Below are positions 12,120 through 24,196 of a stretch of DNA of 64,000 nt, in pieces. Both the position numbers and the translations under genes were made by a program. This DNA comes from Pelagomonas calceolata (Eukaryota): the NCBI GenBank assembly GCA_918797485.1, contig CAKKNE010000002.1:3658001-3722000 (forward strand), written 5' to 3'. The notes below the pieces were generated by a model that was not told where the DNA came from, ran no database searches, and worked only from the letters and a program-made list of their open reading frames with translations. How positions within the stretch are numbered: position 1 is the first letter of the stretch; each line of letters begins with the position of its first letter.

Positions 12120-13115
12120 ACCTCATGAGGTTATTGTTCAGATATCATCCACCTGATAGAAGAACTCGGGAGCATCATTATCCCGTGACCTTACTTTCTT
12201 AAAATGGCGGCGTGGCTGCCAATGATCAGGATGCCCCTTTCGGACCCTTCCTTGTTCACATACGGCGGATGCTCAAGCGGCAGGCACGGTCGTCTGACGC
12301 AGGGAACTTCCAGACGGCAAAACTTACCTTTAGGCGGTCCAGATGGCCCTGGCTGGGTACTATTAAAGGCGTCGCCGCGGACGCGTAGACGGTGAGAGCG
12401 AGGACTCCTCGAGGACACGTGGGTACTTTATGTAGAATCTCAGAAATAATCCCAGCGGCGCTGCTCGCGACTGCTTTCGGCGAATCCGGAAAATCGACCC
12501 ACCCTGGTGTCCTGGGGGAATTCGGGGCCGTAGCGGCGCGTCGCACACGTTTCTTGTACGAGAGGAACGGTGCTGCGATAGAACTGCCCTTGGTCGTACG
12601 TGGGTGTCGGAGCGATGCTGTGGGCCGACGGAGCCGCCGAATTTTACGGCCCACGAACGCCAAACCTCCCTGCGTGCATACGTCATGGCGCTCGGAACGA
12701 AGGCGTAAAACCAGATCGCTTAGTGAACGGAACGTTCACGTGGTGTGTATAGATGTGCTCGTGGCGCGGGACGACGTGGCATTGCGTATACAGCGATCCA
12801 GTCACGTCGCGAAGCTACTGGCGGAACTAGCAGAGCTGTGCGGGGCGCGCGGTGCGGCACTGCGCAAATCGCGCCGTCGGTCCCTAGTTTGCGCCCACAA
12901 GGGCGGAATCGAACAAAAAAAAAGACTCGGAGCTTTAGGCGTTTCTCTTTTTGCGCAAAGGCGTGGCCGTTTGATCAAAAGCGAGCCATTGGGAGCCTGA
13001 GCCATTGGGAGCCTGATACCCTGGGTGTTGCTAGTGGGAGCCTAGTACCCCCCAGGTAAAAGGCCGACAGGATATGTTACAGGATATACCCTACTTACTA
13101 TCGTGCATAAGCCCC

Positions 13116-13339
13116 TGCTGAGACGCTATCGACACTCAAGTTCGCCATGCGCGCCAAGCGCGTGACCAATGTACCGCGCCTCAACGAGGACCTTGACCAG
13201 GCATCACTACTGCGCAAGTATGAGCGAGAGCTTAGACGCCTCAGTGCCAAGCTCGAAGAGCGAAATCGCAATGTAGTCGATCAACGGTGTCTACTCGAGC
13301 TCGAAGAGCGCCGCCGTCGCGCCGAGAAGAACAAGCATG
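13116..13339 (+). pseudogene. Inverted 224-bp duplicate of an internal part of the neighbouring kinesin gene
   Basis: Reverse complement of 14495-14718 with about 6 substitutions by eye; encodes MRAKRVTNVPRLNEDLDQASLLRKYERELRR. Confidence 0.95.
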
Positions 13340-13607
13340 GAGGACGCAGGCGCCCACATCTCGTCGCTTGGCGATCTTCGCCCTCCGGCCGTCCCAGGCC
13401 TCACAAGGGCGACAGGAAGAAGTGGAATCAAAAGAGAAAAATAACACCGAGAGACGGTTTTAAGACGTATACATGAGGAACCGCGAGTATTTATTTGACC
13501 AATACCATATTGGACTCGGGAGAGAAATATATGCCGTCCGTAAATTCATTCATTTTTACATCATTACCTCCTAGGATTATTTCGTGATTGTAGGATTCCG
13601 CCTGATC

Positions 13608-15896
13608 TCAAAGATTCCTTTCTGAGGTGGCAAGGCGCCTCCCAAGCTCGCCTTGGCCGGCCTGTTTCAGCGCTTCGACAGACGCACGGATGAGGCGCCG
13701 CAGTGCGCCAAGATCTTTGAGTGCAAAGGCACGTGCAGCACCGGGCGCTACGTTTTGACGGTCGAGATTTGAGGCGACGCTGTCGACCAGGACCGCAATT
13801 TTCTTTTCGAAGATGGTCTGGACAGCATGGCGCTCCTTGTCGCGAAGCTCAAGTAGGGTCAAGAGCTCGGCGACGCGTTTGTCTGCGCTTGTACCACCGG
13901 CCGCAGCACCACCGACCGCAGCGGCCGCGGCAGGAGCACAATCAAGGGGTCGCATTAGCTTTGCATTATCTGCGCGGCGCACAGTGACGTCATGTCGAGC
14001 TGCGTCTGCCTCGTGAAGTGCCGCCCGCGCTCCACCCTCGAGCTCAAGGCGCTGAATTTGGATGCACTGGGTGGTCTTCTCATCAAGCTTGTTTTCGAGC
14101 GCAGCCTGGTTCCGATCATACGCTTCAAGCTCATCCTGGAGTGCCATGATCTGCTCATCGCGCTCATTGAGCCGCTGAGTTAGCGCGATCATGATATCGC
14201 GCTGCTTGAGCAGTAACTGCTTGTAGCGCTCGACCTGAGCCTTCTCGTGCTCAATACGCTCACGCTCACGCTCGAGATCGGCCAGCCGCGCGTCGTACTC
14301 TGCCGCTGTGTGACGTGCAGGCGACACCTTAGCGTCGTCGATGCCGCCTACCCTGCCACCGACCATCCCGTTCCCCCCGACATCAGTCGAGATCATCTGC
14401 GACGTAAGTTTTAAAATACGCTCCTCGAGACGCGTCTTATCCTCCTTTTCGCGCATGAACTCACGCGAGCGTACTTCGAGCGCGCGAATCGCCGCACGCT
14501 TGTCCTCCTCGGCGCGACGGCGGCGCTCTTCGAGCTCGAGTAGACACCGTTGATCGACTACATTGCGATTTCGCTCTTCGAGCTCGGCGCGGAGGCGTCT
14601 AAGCTCTCGCTCATACTTGCGCAGTAGTGATGCCTGGTCAAGGTCCTCGTTGAGGCGCGGTACATTGGTCACGCGCTTGGCGCGCATGGCGAACTTGAGT
14701 GTCGATAGCGTCTCAGCAATCGACTCAGCTGCTGGCGAGATGGTCGCCAACATGGTTGTGCGACAATTGCCGCCAAGTGAGTCCTCCAGGAGCCGTGTGA
14801 GCTTAGAGTCGCGGTAGGGGACGTGCTTGCGTGTAGTACCGCTTGTCTGCCGCGTAGCAAGGGCGGCTATTACATTTCCGAGGGCTGACAATGACGCATT
14901 GATCTTCTTCGATTCTTCGAGTCGCTGGCCAGTAGCGCCTGAGACACCGACACGCTCGGAACCAGCGAGGTCGACAAGATTAAGCTTCCCCACGCGAAAT
15001 GTTTGCTTGACTCGGTTTTCCAGGCGCGCGAGTGCTTCGGCCCGCTTGAGGCCGGCCGATCGCATTTCACGGGCAAAATCGTCTGGCGCCAACTCACGTC
15101 CGTCCTCACCCACATAGACAGTCTCCGAATGCTCGACGATAACGACAAAAACTGCGTGTGACCGCGACGAGAAGTCATTCATCCTCGTGGCGCCAGTTGC
15201 GCGAGATCGCGAAGCGCGGTCCATTAGCGCGTAGACCTCCGAGGGCTGGCGAACAACCCACTCAGAGAGACCGTCGACGTACACGCCGCGCTTGGGATCC
15301 TCACGGATTGCGAGCGCTTCAAGCGGCGATGCTACCGCACTGGTTCCCTCAGGTGCTATGCCGTTGCGTGGGGGCGCCAAAAGATCCGAAACGATCTCCT
15401 GGTAGATCTGGATGCAAGACGCACGCGCGAGGAAGCGCACGTTTTTCTGTGCGTGTCCTGCAACGTGACGGAAGATCTGTTCGACCGACCGTGGGATGAT
15501 GCCACGTGCAACCGGATCACGGGCCTCAGAGCCGTCCATTGTGTAAGTTTTTCCAGTGCCTGTCTGACCATACGCAAACATCGTGGCATTATAGCCCTGA
15601 AGGCAGCTCTCTACAACCGGCTGTGCGGTTGTTTCGTAGACTTCCGCTTGTGTGCTGCCAGCATCGTACGCATCGTCAAACGCGAACGTGTGCACCGCCA
15701 CGCTGCGCTGGCGATTGATTGTCGGCACATCGTTGTCCACGTCGCTAATTGTCACCGTCTGCAGCCGCTTATCCACGCGCGCTACACTCCCCGACGACTC
15801 GTGCGCGAGTAGCGGCCGTACACGGACGACTACCTTGACCGCATCGTCATGCCCCCTGGGGGAGCGCGCCGCCGACGATCGGTCTAACTCATCCAT
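13608..15896 (-). CDS. N-terminal motor kinesin with coiled-coil tail
   Basis: 762 aa: VKVVVRVRP, FAYGQTGTGKTYTM (P-loop), NDFSSRSHAVF, LVDLAGSER, HVPYRDSKLTRLL, ETLSTLKFA, then coiled coils. Confidence 0.97.
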   Translation of the reverse strand: MDELDRSSAARSPRGHDDAVKVVVRVRPLLAHESSGSVARVDKRLQTVTISDVDNDVPTINRQRSVAVHTFAFDDAYDAGSTQAEVYETTAQPVVESCLQGYNATMFAYGQTGTGKTYTMDGSEARDPVARGIIPRSVEQIFRHVAGHAQKNVRFLARASCIQIYQEIVSDLLAPPRNGIAPEGTSAVASPLEALAIREDPKRGVYVDGLSEWVVRQPSEVYALMDRASRSRATGATRMNDFSSRSHAVFVVIVEHSETVYVGEDGRELAPDDFAREMRSAGLKRAEALARLENRVKQTFRVGKLNLVDLAGSERVGVSGATGQRLEESKKINASLSALGNVIAALATRQTSGTTRKHVPYRDSKLTRLLEDSLGGNCRTTMLATISPAAESIAETLSTLKFAMRAKRVTNVPRLNEDLDQASLLRKYERELRRLRAELEERNRNVVDQRCLLELEERRRRAEEDKRAAIRALEVRSREFMREKEDKTRLEERILKLTSQMISTDVGGNGMVGGRVGGIDDAKVSPARHTAAEYDARLADLERERERIEHEKAQVERYKQLLLKQRDIMIALTQRLNERDEQIMALQDELEAYDRNQAALENKLDEKTTQCIQIQRLELEGGARAALHEADAARHDVTVRRADNAKLMRPLDCAPAAAAAVGGAAAGGTSADKRVAELLTLLELRDKERHAVQTIFEKKIAVLVDSVASNLDRQNVAPGAARAFALKDLGALRRLIRASVEALKQAGQGELGRRLATSERNL

Positions 15897-17060
15897 TATC
15901 GACTGAATTGGCCCGCCGGCGCCCGCGGCGCCCGGGCGACGACGACGGGTTTTTAGCCCCCACCCCGCACGAAACGCGCGCGCGCGGCCGCGCGGCGAAG
16001 AGTATGGCGGCCTTGTCCGCCCCCAGGGAGCGTCAGCGGAGGCTTAACGCGCCGTATGCAGGGAGCCCCTCGCCACTCCAGCGCTTGGTAGTGTGCCTAC
16101 AGGAGGCGAGTGCACCTGCGGCTCCGTTGCCCTTCATTGCGCCGATTCCCCGCCAACCGACGATTTGGTCACGGAGGCGCCTGTCCACCATGACCCGAGG
16201 GCAAGCCCACGATGTAACGGACTCACTAGACATCGGTCGACGGGGGCTTGAGCCCGAGTGGTCGCGCCGAGGAAGAGCGACGACTCTATATCAACCACGC
16301 CACACGGCCGTGAACATCGAACCATAGTGTACTACGGCCGAGGAACACCAGGCACCGCCTCGATATTGAAATCAGTGACATGGCGTCGAACGCCGGGTCC
16401 TTGGCAGTCCCTTTTTCATTATAGGTAGAATTGATTTGAGCACCTCGCCCGTGCTGCCCGGTGGTCGCGTGCCGAAGTTTGTGTTTCAAATTTGGCGGTT
16501 CTGGTGCTGTGGCCCAGGAGCGCCAATTTAGGCAGCGTTTTTTGCGCGCGGCGCGTGCCGTAGTGTGTATAGAGGCTGCTGGCAGTGTGCGGTGTGTGTG
16601 GAAATTTAGTAACCGTGTATCTGGAAATTTAGTTAGGCCCGCGAAGTTACCGCGTCAGGCGATCTATTCGGCAGCCCATGAGGTACCCCGGCCGCGCGTG
16701 CGCATCCGCCCCACGCCGCGAGTACCCGAAGCCCTAGGTTCCCGGCAAGAAGCGGTTCTGAAATACCTGCTACGTAACCGCGGACTCCCCATCCTGGTCT
16801 GGAAGCGCAAAAAGTGACCGCAGCCTCTTGAAGAGCCCAACTGGGAATTTGAACCCTAATATCAGGGGACCGGACCGGGCCCCCGTAGTCTCCCTTCCTG
16901 ATCACTATGTTTAACTGTTCATTCAGACTAGTGCCTTTTTTCAAATTCTGTTGGCGAGAAGGGGCAAGGGGATATATCCAAACAAACATTTTAACAGCCT
17001 AAGAACGAACGAACGAACAAACAAAAAGAGGCTTAGGAGCTTACCGTGCCAGTGACTACT

Positions 17061-17443
17061 CCCCCTAGCCGGAAGTCGGTTAATTCGTTGGAGTAACATT
17101 CTTCCTTACCTTCTCTTAGCTCTAATTAGAATGAATTAGCCTGCGACGCTTAAGGCTCCTTGGAGACTTCGAAATTTATAGGGGGGTCGAGCGCAATAGT
17201 CGACGTTGGCAGCCTGAGGTTTTGGCGCAATTGAGCGTACAGCCACGCGGCGCCGACCGAATGGCGGCAAATTTTTGCTGAGGCGCAGGTTCCGTATGAA
17301 ACCCGCCCGAAACCCAATCGCTCCAACGGACGGGATAAATCGGCCTCTAATTCCCCACTAATTATTTCCTATCGTTCCATTATTAACTTCCATATCTATA
17401 TAGGGCTGCTAGGGAATATCCGACTTCCGAGGCTGGCTGCTTA
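17061..17443. repeat. Dispersed repeat family A, copy 2
   Basis: GTCGGTTAATTCGTTGGAGTAACATTC..TTCCATATCTATATAGGGCTGCTAGGGAATATCC shared with copy 1; internal deletion. Confidence 0.9.
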
Positions 17444-17776
17444 TTAAGTAAGTGACTACTAGTAGAATACCTCTGAGTCCGAGTCCGAGTTTCTTCTTCG
17501 GCGCCCATAATAAATACCCCGGGGGGTAGAGGCCGGACTTCGGACAGACTCGGGCCGGCGTGGACTTGATGCGTATCTGCCCGCGTGGGGCCGGCACTAG
17601 AGGCGGGCTGGCAATTAGTTTGCCTCAGTGAAAGTGATAGGAGATCGCTTTGCCTCTGCGAATGCGTGCACCGTGCGTAGGTGCTCGCATGAAAACTAGT
17701 GCGACTTGATTGACGGAACTAAAGTTCTTCTTCTTGCCCGCGCCCGTCGACAGCACCGTTACCCACGAGCCGGAGC

Positions 17777-20700
17777 TTAGATGCGCATCCGCAGCGCACA
17801 AAGCAGGCGGAGGTTGTTCGCGTCGAAGAGGGGCAAGTCAGTCTCCTCTAGCTTGGTAGCCGGCGGTCCTTCGTCGATAAAGAGGTGCCGTCCAACGCGT
17901 CCGTGCCCTATCTCGGCTGCAACAGTCCACTCAATCGTGAGAGCGCCGCATGCGACTGCTGCGTCGCCAGGCGTTGCCGCACCTTGATCAAAGACCCTAC
18001 TTCGCGCCCGTCGAACCGCCTGAAGGGTCCGCGGCGCGTCTGGCGCGGCGCGCCTGGCCTCCTTCGCGACCGAATGAGTGTACCGTGCGGCGGCAATGGC
18101 CGCGTCAAACAGTGCGGCAGCTGGTGCCGTGCCAGTAAGTGCGTTCATGGGAGTGGCGAGGGCGACGTGGTGGACCGCGACGCGCTCACGCGGTAGAATC
18201 TTGACGCCGACAGTGCATGTCTCTGCTGCACGGACGTCCGTGACGAACATGTCGGCGCTGCCCACATTTGCGACCTCAACAGTGAGTACACGGCCGTGGG
18301 CGTGCGTGCTGACACAGAGTGACGGTGCGATGATGGCAGCAACGACGAGCGGCGCGAAGCGCGTGAGCGGCGCTGCCGCGGCTACGGTGGCGCCACGTGC
18401 GCGCGCGTGCCTGGCAAAGTCATCCTTCTCAGGGTCGCCATCGTGTATCGCCGGCCACGCAAGAGGAGCTACTATTGCCTGCGGCCCGCTGATTGCCTCA
18501 TAGCAGAGAGCTGCGTGGAGTGCAGCGGTCCCCATGCCACTAGGGGCGCAGACATGTGCCGGAACGTCGCGCGAGGCGCCTGGCTTAATGGCGTCCCCCA
18601 CACGCCACGCATTTCCCGACGCATCTAGCGGGTTTGCAAGTGCCAGCCAGGCGCGCTCTGTGCGAACGGTTAGGGAACCGGCGCGCGCGCGACCCACGTT
18701 GCGCAGTCGCAAGTGCGTGCGCACCACCTCACCCTCGAGTGCACGCCACGGTCCGCCACAGTCGGGTGCCAGTGTGGCTACGACACGTGGGAGATCTCCG
18801 ACGATGTGGATTGCCAGCGAAGCGTCTGGCGCGCGCGCGCCACGTGCGCGCTCGTCACGAGTCCGCCTGAGTGTTGGCCCCGCACGCGCAATCGCGGCAG
18901 CGCCCCAGACAGCGCCAGCGAGGCGCCAGCGAACGCCGACGACTCGCAGCGTACCCGTGCGTGTCGCACCGCACCGAAGGCGGACGACTCTCGCGCCAAG
19001 GGCAGGCACAACTATGCGCGTTCGCTCGGCAATCCACGCTGGCGTAGCTACGTTGGCGGTGTCTGCAGCTTGCCTCAGCTCTGCGAGGAACGCGTCATCA
19101 ATAGGACAGGAAGACACCATGTCGCATGGCAGAGGCATCGGAGGCGGCGGCGGCGACCACGGTCGGCGGGCCGCATCGTGACCCACGTCCATCGTGCAGA
19201 CAAGCTCAACAGCATCAATATCGAGGGGCGCGGCAAGTGGATTTTGCAAGGTCACGTCGACAGTGACGACTTCTCCGCGACCGCACCACCGTGGCCACGT
19301 CGCGCGACGCGCTCTTTGGGCGACCGCGTCAGCAAGGTGCGGCGGCCGCTCGGCAGCAGTGTCCTGAATGCTCTCGCCGGCTTTTGCTAAGCCGGCAAGT
19401 CGCTGCGCCCAGTCCACGGTACCACCACTGACTTCAAAAGCGAGCTCGTCGGGCATGCGTGCGCAGATGCCATCGGCAATAATGGTGGGCGCGGCGAGGC
19501 CGACAATGACAATGTCGTCTATCGCATCACGGCGTGCGCCCATTGCGGTCGAAGGAGGCGTCGCGAGCGCGTCAGCAACTGCGGCTGGGTCCTCGCCACC
19601 GCCGCAAGAAGCGCTGGGCGGCTGGTCGCGTGCAAGCAAGGCGGCGGCCACTCGGAGCGCGTCCGGATGAGCACGTGCCTGCGGCGAGCATGTGTTCTCC
19701 GCAGCCACCATCCATGACTACGTGGCGAGACGATGCGTGCGCACGGTTGCCAGGAATGTGCGCAGAAGCGCTGCATGGCGCAACGGCGGTGCACGCGCAA
19801 CCGCTATGAGCGCCTGCGTGGCACTCGATCGATTTAATGGGCCTGTCACCGCACCGACTCTGTCGAGGAGACCAACGGAATAACTCTTAAGTGACAGGGC
19901 ACTGGCACGCGCCAGAGTGCATCGAAGTGCGCGCGCATGGTAGCCGAGTGCCTCGAGCCTACGAAGTGGGTCGCTTAGCGTCTTCTAGCGATCGCACGCG
20001 TCGCACGTCCGTCCTTTATTGCACGGTCGCCGCACTGGCGGCCGAGTGCGTGCTCGATATGCTCGTCGATGCGAGGCCAGCCGCACGATGCCGTACCACC
20101 AGCAGCAATTCGGCATAACGAGGCATACTTCGCGCGCGCAGCAACGTAGCACTCGACCGCGTGCGCATCGGCGCCGCATGCGCGGTAACGATGCCCCGCC
20201 ATGACAAGATGCAGTGCACCTTTTCGATTGAGTCCGCCGGCCATGTAGCACCATGCCGCGCGCTCGTATAGGACTGCCACACATGGGCTCATTTCGAATT
20301 GGGCAGCAGCGACCAACGCGTCGGCAGCCGCCGCGGCCGCCGCGTGTGCCTCGCGGCAGCCATTTTTGGGCATACGACGACGGGACACCAGTGGTGACTG
20401 CGTTCTGTCGGCAGCCATCGCGGCGCGGCAGTCGGCTGAGACGAGCGCTGCACGCGTGAGCGCACGAGCAGCGCACGTCGCGCGTTGTTCTAAGCGCACA
20501 TGAGCACCAGTCGCATTTGTGCGGCGCGCCTTGCCAGCCGCAGCGAGTAGCGTCGCCACGGCTGCGTCTGCAGAGGCAATAGCGTCGCGCCAAAGAACGC
20601 TCGTGGCGGCTTTGGTGTCGGCGCCAGAGGCAGATGTGGCCGCGGATACGACAATAGATCCACCGCTGCCACGTACGGCGAGGCCCAGGAGTGACCGGGC

Positions 20701-21891
20701 AATCATTTCATGAGCAGCGCCAGCATGGAGTAGCGCGCGGTCTCGCTTGAAGTCGTCACGCGCCAAGCGGTAGTGCGCGAGGGCAGTTTCGAGGTCACCG
20801 ATAGCAAACGCTGTGTCGGCAAGGAGGCGAATCTGGGCCTCGATGGTTTCATGCGGGTACTGGGGCGGCGACATGTCGGGACTGGCGAGGGTGGCCACGG
20901 CTCCGGTAGATGCTTGTGGTGGCAACCCTCCGTCACGCGGCAGGCGGAGCCAGCTCTTGAGGACATTTCGGACGCCCCGTCGTGATGCGGCCACATTTGT
21001 GTGGAGCGCGGCCACTCGGCGTTCAAGCGCCGGAACAACAACAGCGTGCACTAGCTCAGCGGCGAGACGACGTAAGCCGTCGGCGTCGGCTGCGGAGAGA
21101 CGAGGGAAATGCGCATCGTGTGGCACGTCCGAGCACGCGCCTTCTCCGCCAAGTGCCACGAGCCGCGTGACCGCAGGTGCGGCGGCAACAGCAGCTGGAA
21201 GCGCATCGCGCGCGGCAGCAAGTGCGTCGCGCGCAACGCTTGCGCCGTGCTCACTGTCGTGGATAATTACAACGTGGCGTGGCGTCACGCGTGCATCGTA
21301 TCGGCCGTCTGCGAAGCCAGGCGCGAGGTGCCGCATTGATGCTAACTCTTCAACTGCTGCGCCGACACCTGCCGGTTCAGATGAAGCGACCACAACGACC
21401 ACGGCCGCCGGGCAGGCAAAGCTCTCGTGCGACGCGTGCGCCAAGGTCGCCTCTAGCGCGGTGCGCCACCGCAGAGTCCACGCGCCGGCCTCCCGGCGCG
21501 CGCAAAGGGAGGCCAGCGCAGTGTCAGCTCGGGAGTCGAGCAGCACCGTCGTGTCTACTTGTTCATCGTCGCGCAGCGACACAGCGGCCGCCAATTTGGT
21601 CTCGTCTTCAGCCGCTGGCGCTGACACCATGTCGCCGGCGGCGAGAAATCGCACACTCAGGCCTCCGGGCAAACTCAGGCGCCTGGACGCCGAGCGGAAG
21701 GCCAACGGTCCGGTTGCGGCCTCCGCCACATATGCTGCCAGCAGGTCGCGGAGACCAAAGCCGGCGAGGCGCCTGACGACGCGGTTGGCCTCGGAAGTCT
21801 CGACGCAGCAGACAACCGGACCGACGCCGGCGCGAAATTCCTCCTGGTTCGTCGAGGGGGGTCGCGCATTGGTCGCCTTGATGGGGTCCAT
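17777..21891 (-). CDS. TRAPPC8: TRAPP III subunit TRAPPC8/Trs85, multi-exon
   Basis: EAQIRLLADTAFAIGDLETALAHYRLARDDFKRDRA, RKGALHLVMAGHRY, WPRIDEHIEHALGRQ, GEVVTVDVTLQNPLAAPL. Inferred introns 19959-20035 (GT-AG), 19814-19912 (GC-AG, uncertain, no in-frame stop) and 19679-19744 (GT-AG). Start taken at MDPIK. Confidence 0.88.
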
Positions 21892-23604
21892 TTGAATCCG
21901 TACCTCGGTCTGCTCCGCTCCGCAGCCGTGGCCTGGTTCGTGGCGTCCAAAGCTAGGAGCAACGTAAACCGCAACGTAAACCGCAACTTCGCGAGTGCGG
22001 GCGTCTAACTCGACACGCCGAAAAGGCACGTCGCGCGACGGCGGAAAAAAACAACGCGCGCACGCGCACTGTCCGCGCGGGCCCGAACAGTCCTCTGGCA
22101 GCAGGAGAACGACGTAGTGGCGGCACAAAGCTGCTTAATTTACCTCTTATGCTAGAGCTAAAAAATCAAGGCTTGCAGTGTCTTAGCCTAATGTGGTACT
22201 AGGAGCTTGTATTATTATCTGCGAAATCGTACCCTGGCCTAACGCTAGTAGGATCCTCCCCCCCTTTCTCCTATCTTGTTCGCACTACATTCAAGCCTGT
22301 CTCACTTTGTCCGCGGCGCGCGCGGCACCCGCGGTTCGCGCTGTGACGCCTCTGCTAAACGAATTGCGGCGGCGCGGGCAGGGGTCTGCCTAGTAGAGCC
22401 CTAGCTCTAGGTAGAGAGTCGCTCTGCCTACCCAGCTCGGACGAAGTCGAGCCATAGGACGCTGCAGCCAGGCGGTTGTCTACGCACTCTGGCCGAGCTA
22501 TTTTCGTGGGAACATGATGACGATAGACAAAAAACTTCAAGTTGAAATGTATTACTAGTAAACACCAAAACTGCACTAATGGTGCTCCCGCCAGACGTCG
22601 TTCGCCAGCTCGCCCGATTGCTCCCAGGCCGGCGCGCCGTCCTTAGTAAGCTCTTAGTGGAGCTCCAGGGGACAACAGGTAAACCCGGCCCGGGAATATT
22701 TACCCAGCGGCGGCGTGGCCGCAGGGGAGCTGTTTCGCAAAATCGGGAACCGACTCCGAGTCAGCAGTGGCGTTCTCGGGAGTAAGCGTAAACGGTCGTC
22801 ACGGTTTCCAAGTCGCCCGTGAGTGGCCGTGGCACGCGTCGGCGGCGTGCGGCATGCGTCACACACTATTTTGGTACAAGCGAAACCGCAGCGTGGCACA
22901 TGCCCGCCTGCACATAGGTGCGGAAGCGATGCTACGAGCCGACAGAGTCGCCGAGGTCACCGGAAACGGCCCGCGCATGGCTAAACTCCTGCCGCGCTTA
23001 TGTCGCGGCGCGCGGCGCTCGGAGCCAAGTCATCTCTGGTGGTCGCTCATGGTGGAGAAACCGTTTACACGGGGCGTATAGAGGTGCTCGTAAAGTCGCA
23101 GGTGGTGGCGTTTGCGTACACGTGGACGCGTTTTTCACTCGTACCTGCCAGCGAAAGTAGCAGAGCTCGGTGCGCGACGGCGCGGCGCCTCGCCGGAATT
23201 GCGGCGGTTAGCCGAGTTTGGCACGGAAAGGCCGGGGTTATCGGCGCTATTTTGCGCGCGCACACAGGGGCAATCGGTCGAGAATCGAGAAGGCCAAGGA
23301 CCATCCCTGGATACTCTGAGATGGATTAGAGGTTCACAAGACGCCCGTGTGTGCGTGTGTGTCTCTCTCCCGCGACGCAGCGCAGACGTCCGGCGGCTAC
23401 GGCTGGCCCGCGTCAACGACGCTTTGAAAAAAAAAAAAACGCAACCACCCTCGACGACGCGCGGCCCCCGCGGTACATCACCACCCATCGAGCACGGGGT
23501 ATCTCTCCTAGGCTTCGAAACGCACCGGCCACTCATATATAAGTAGAGGAATCTTACTAAGGGAGGCGGCGATAGCGACGCTTTCGGGCTCGACGCGACC
23601 GACG

Positions 23605-23844
23605 CTAGTATTCCCAGTTCCCAATACCCCTCCAGAAGCGCTTCAACGCTGTGAACTTGGCTCTGTCCCGGTCGTTGCCAACGATAAAATTGGTCATAAT
23701 ATAGAAAATTGCTTGCATGGCCGCCAAGCCGCCGCGGTCGTGAATCTCCTGGCCGATGTCTCTGATTCTTGATAATGTCCGGATGACGTGCTCCTTCCCG
23801 TCTGGAGACATTTGGTCCGGCTTCGAGGCCAGAAACAGATCCAT
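23605..23844 (-). CDS. Small hypothetical ORF or captured exon next to the Helitron fragment
   Basis: 79-aa protein-like ORF ending RDIGQEIHDRGGLAAMQ..FWRGIGNWEY; lower GC than its flanks. Confidence 0.4.
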   Translation of the reverse strand: MDLFLASKPDQMSPDGKEHVIRTLSRIRDIGQEIHDRGGLAAMQAIFYIMTNFIVGNDRDRAKFTALKRFWRGIGNWEY

Positions 23845-23902
23845 TTCGCCTACCTGATCATCTGAAGTACCTAAATGAAGTACCTAAAATGGACACAATT
23901 GC

Positions 23903-24196
23903 TTACTCGCGGATCTCGTCCCTCACCTCGCCCGCCGAATGCGCGACAACGGTTAACGGTGGCCCGATGAGAGCCGGTGGCCCGTGCTCGCGGAGCAGGG
24001 CCAGCGCGTCTTGGTAGCTGCGACCGAACTGGCGCGCCGAACGGGTAAAGTTCGGGCCCAGGACCACGCGCCGCCCGACGTTCGCCGCATCCCCGCCCGC
24101 GTACGCGTCCATCATACCGCCGTAGAGTTCGGCGCGAATCGTCGCCTGGTCAGCTCGGAGCTCGTCGGTCTCGACCGTGCGCTCGACCTCGCCCAT
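23903..24196 (-). mobile_element. Helitron Rep/helicase fragment (Helitron_like_N region), truncated
   Basis: QATIRAELYGGMMDA..VGRRVVLGPNFTRSARQFGRSYQDALALLREHGPP matches the Helitron consensus LRAELY.GL.DA..G.RIILPSSF.GSPR.M...YQDAMA..R..GKP; homology ends before the LFITFT motif. Confidence 0.85.

Noticed and set aside
20813..21895. 360-aa plus-strand ORF and similar antisense ORFs over kinesin, NOT1 and TRRAP
   Set aside because: Shadow frames of real genes on the opposite strand.
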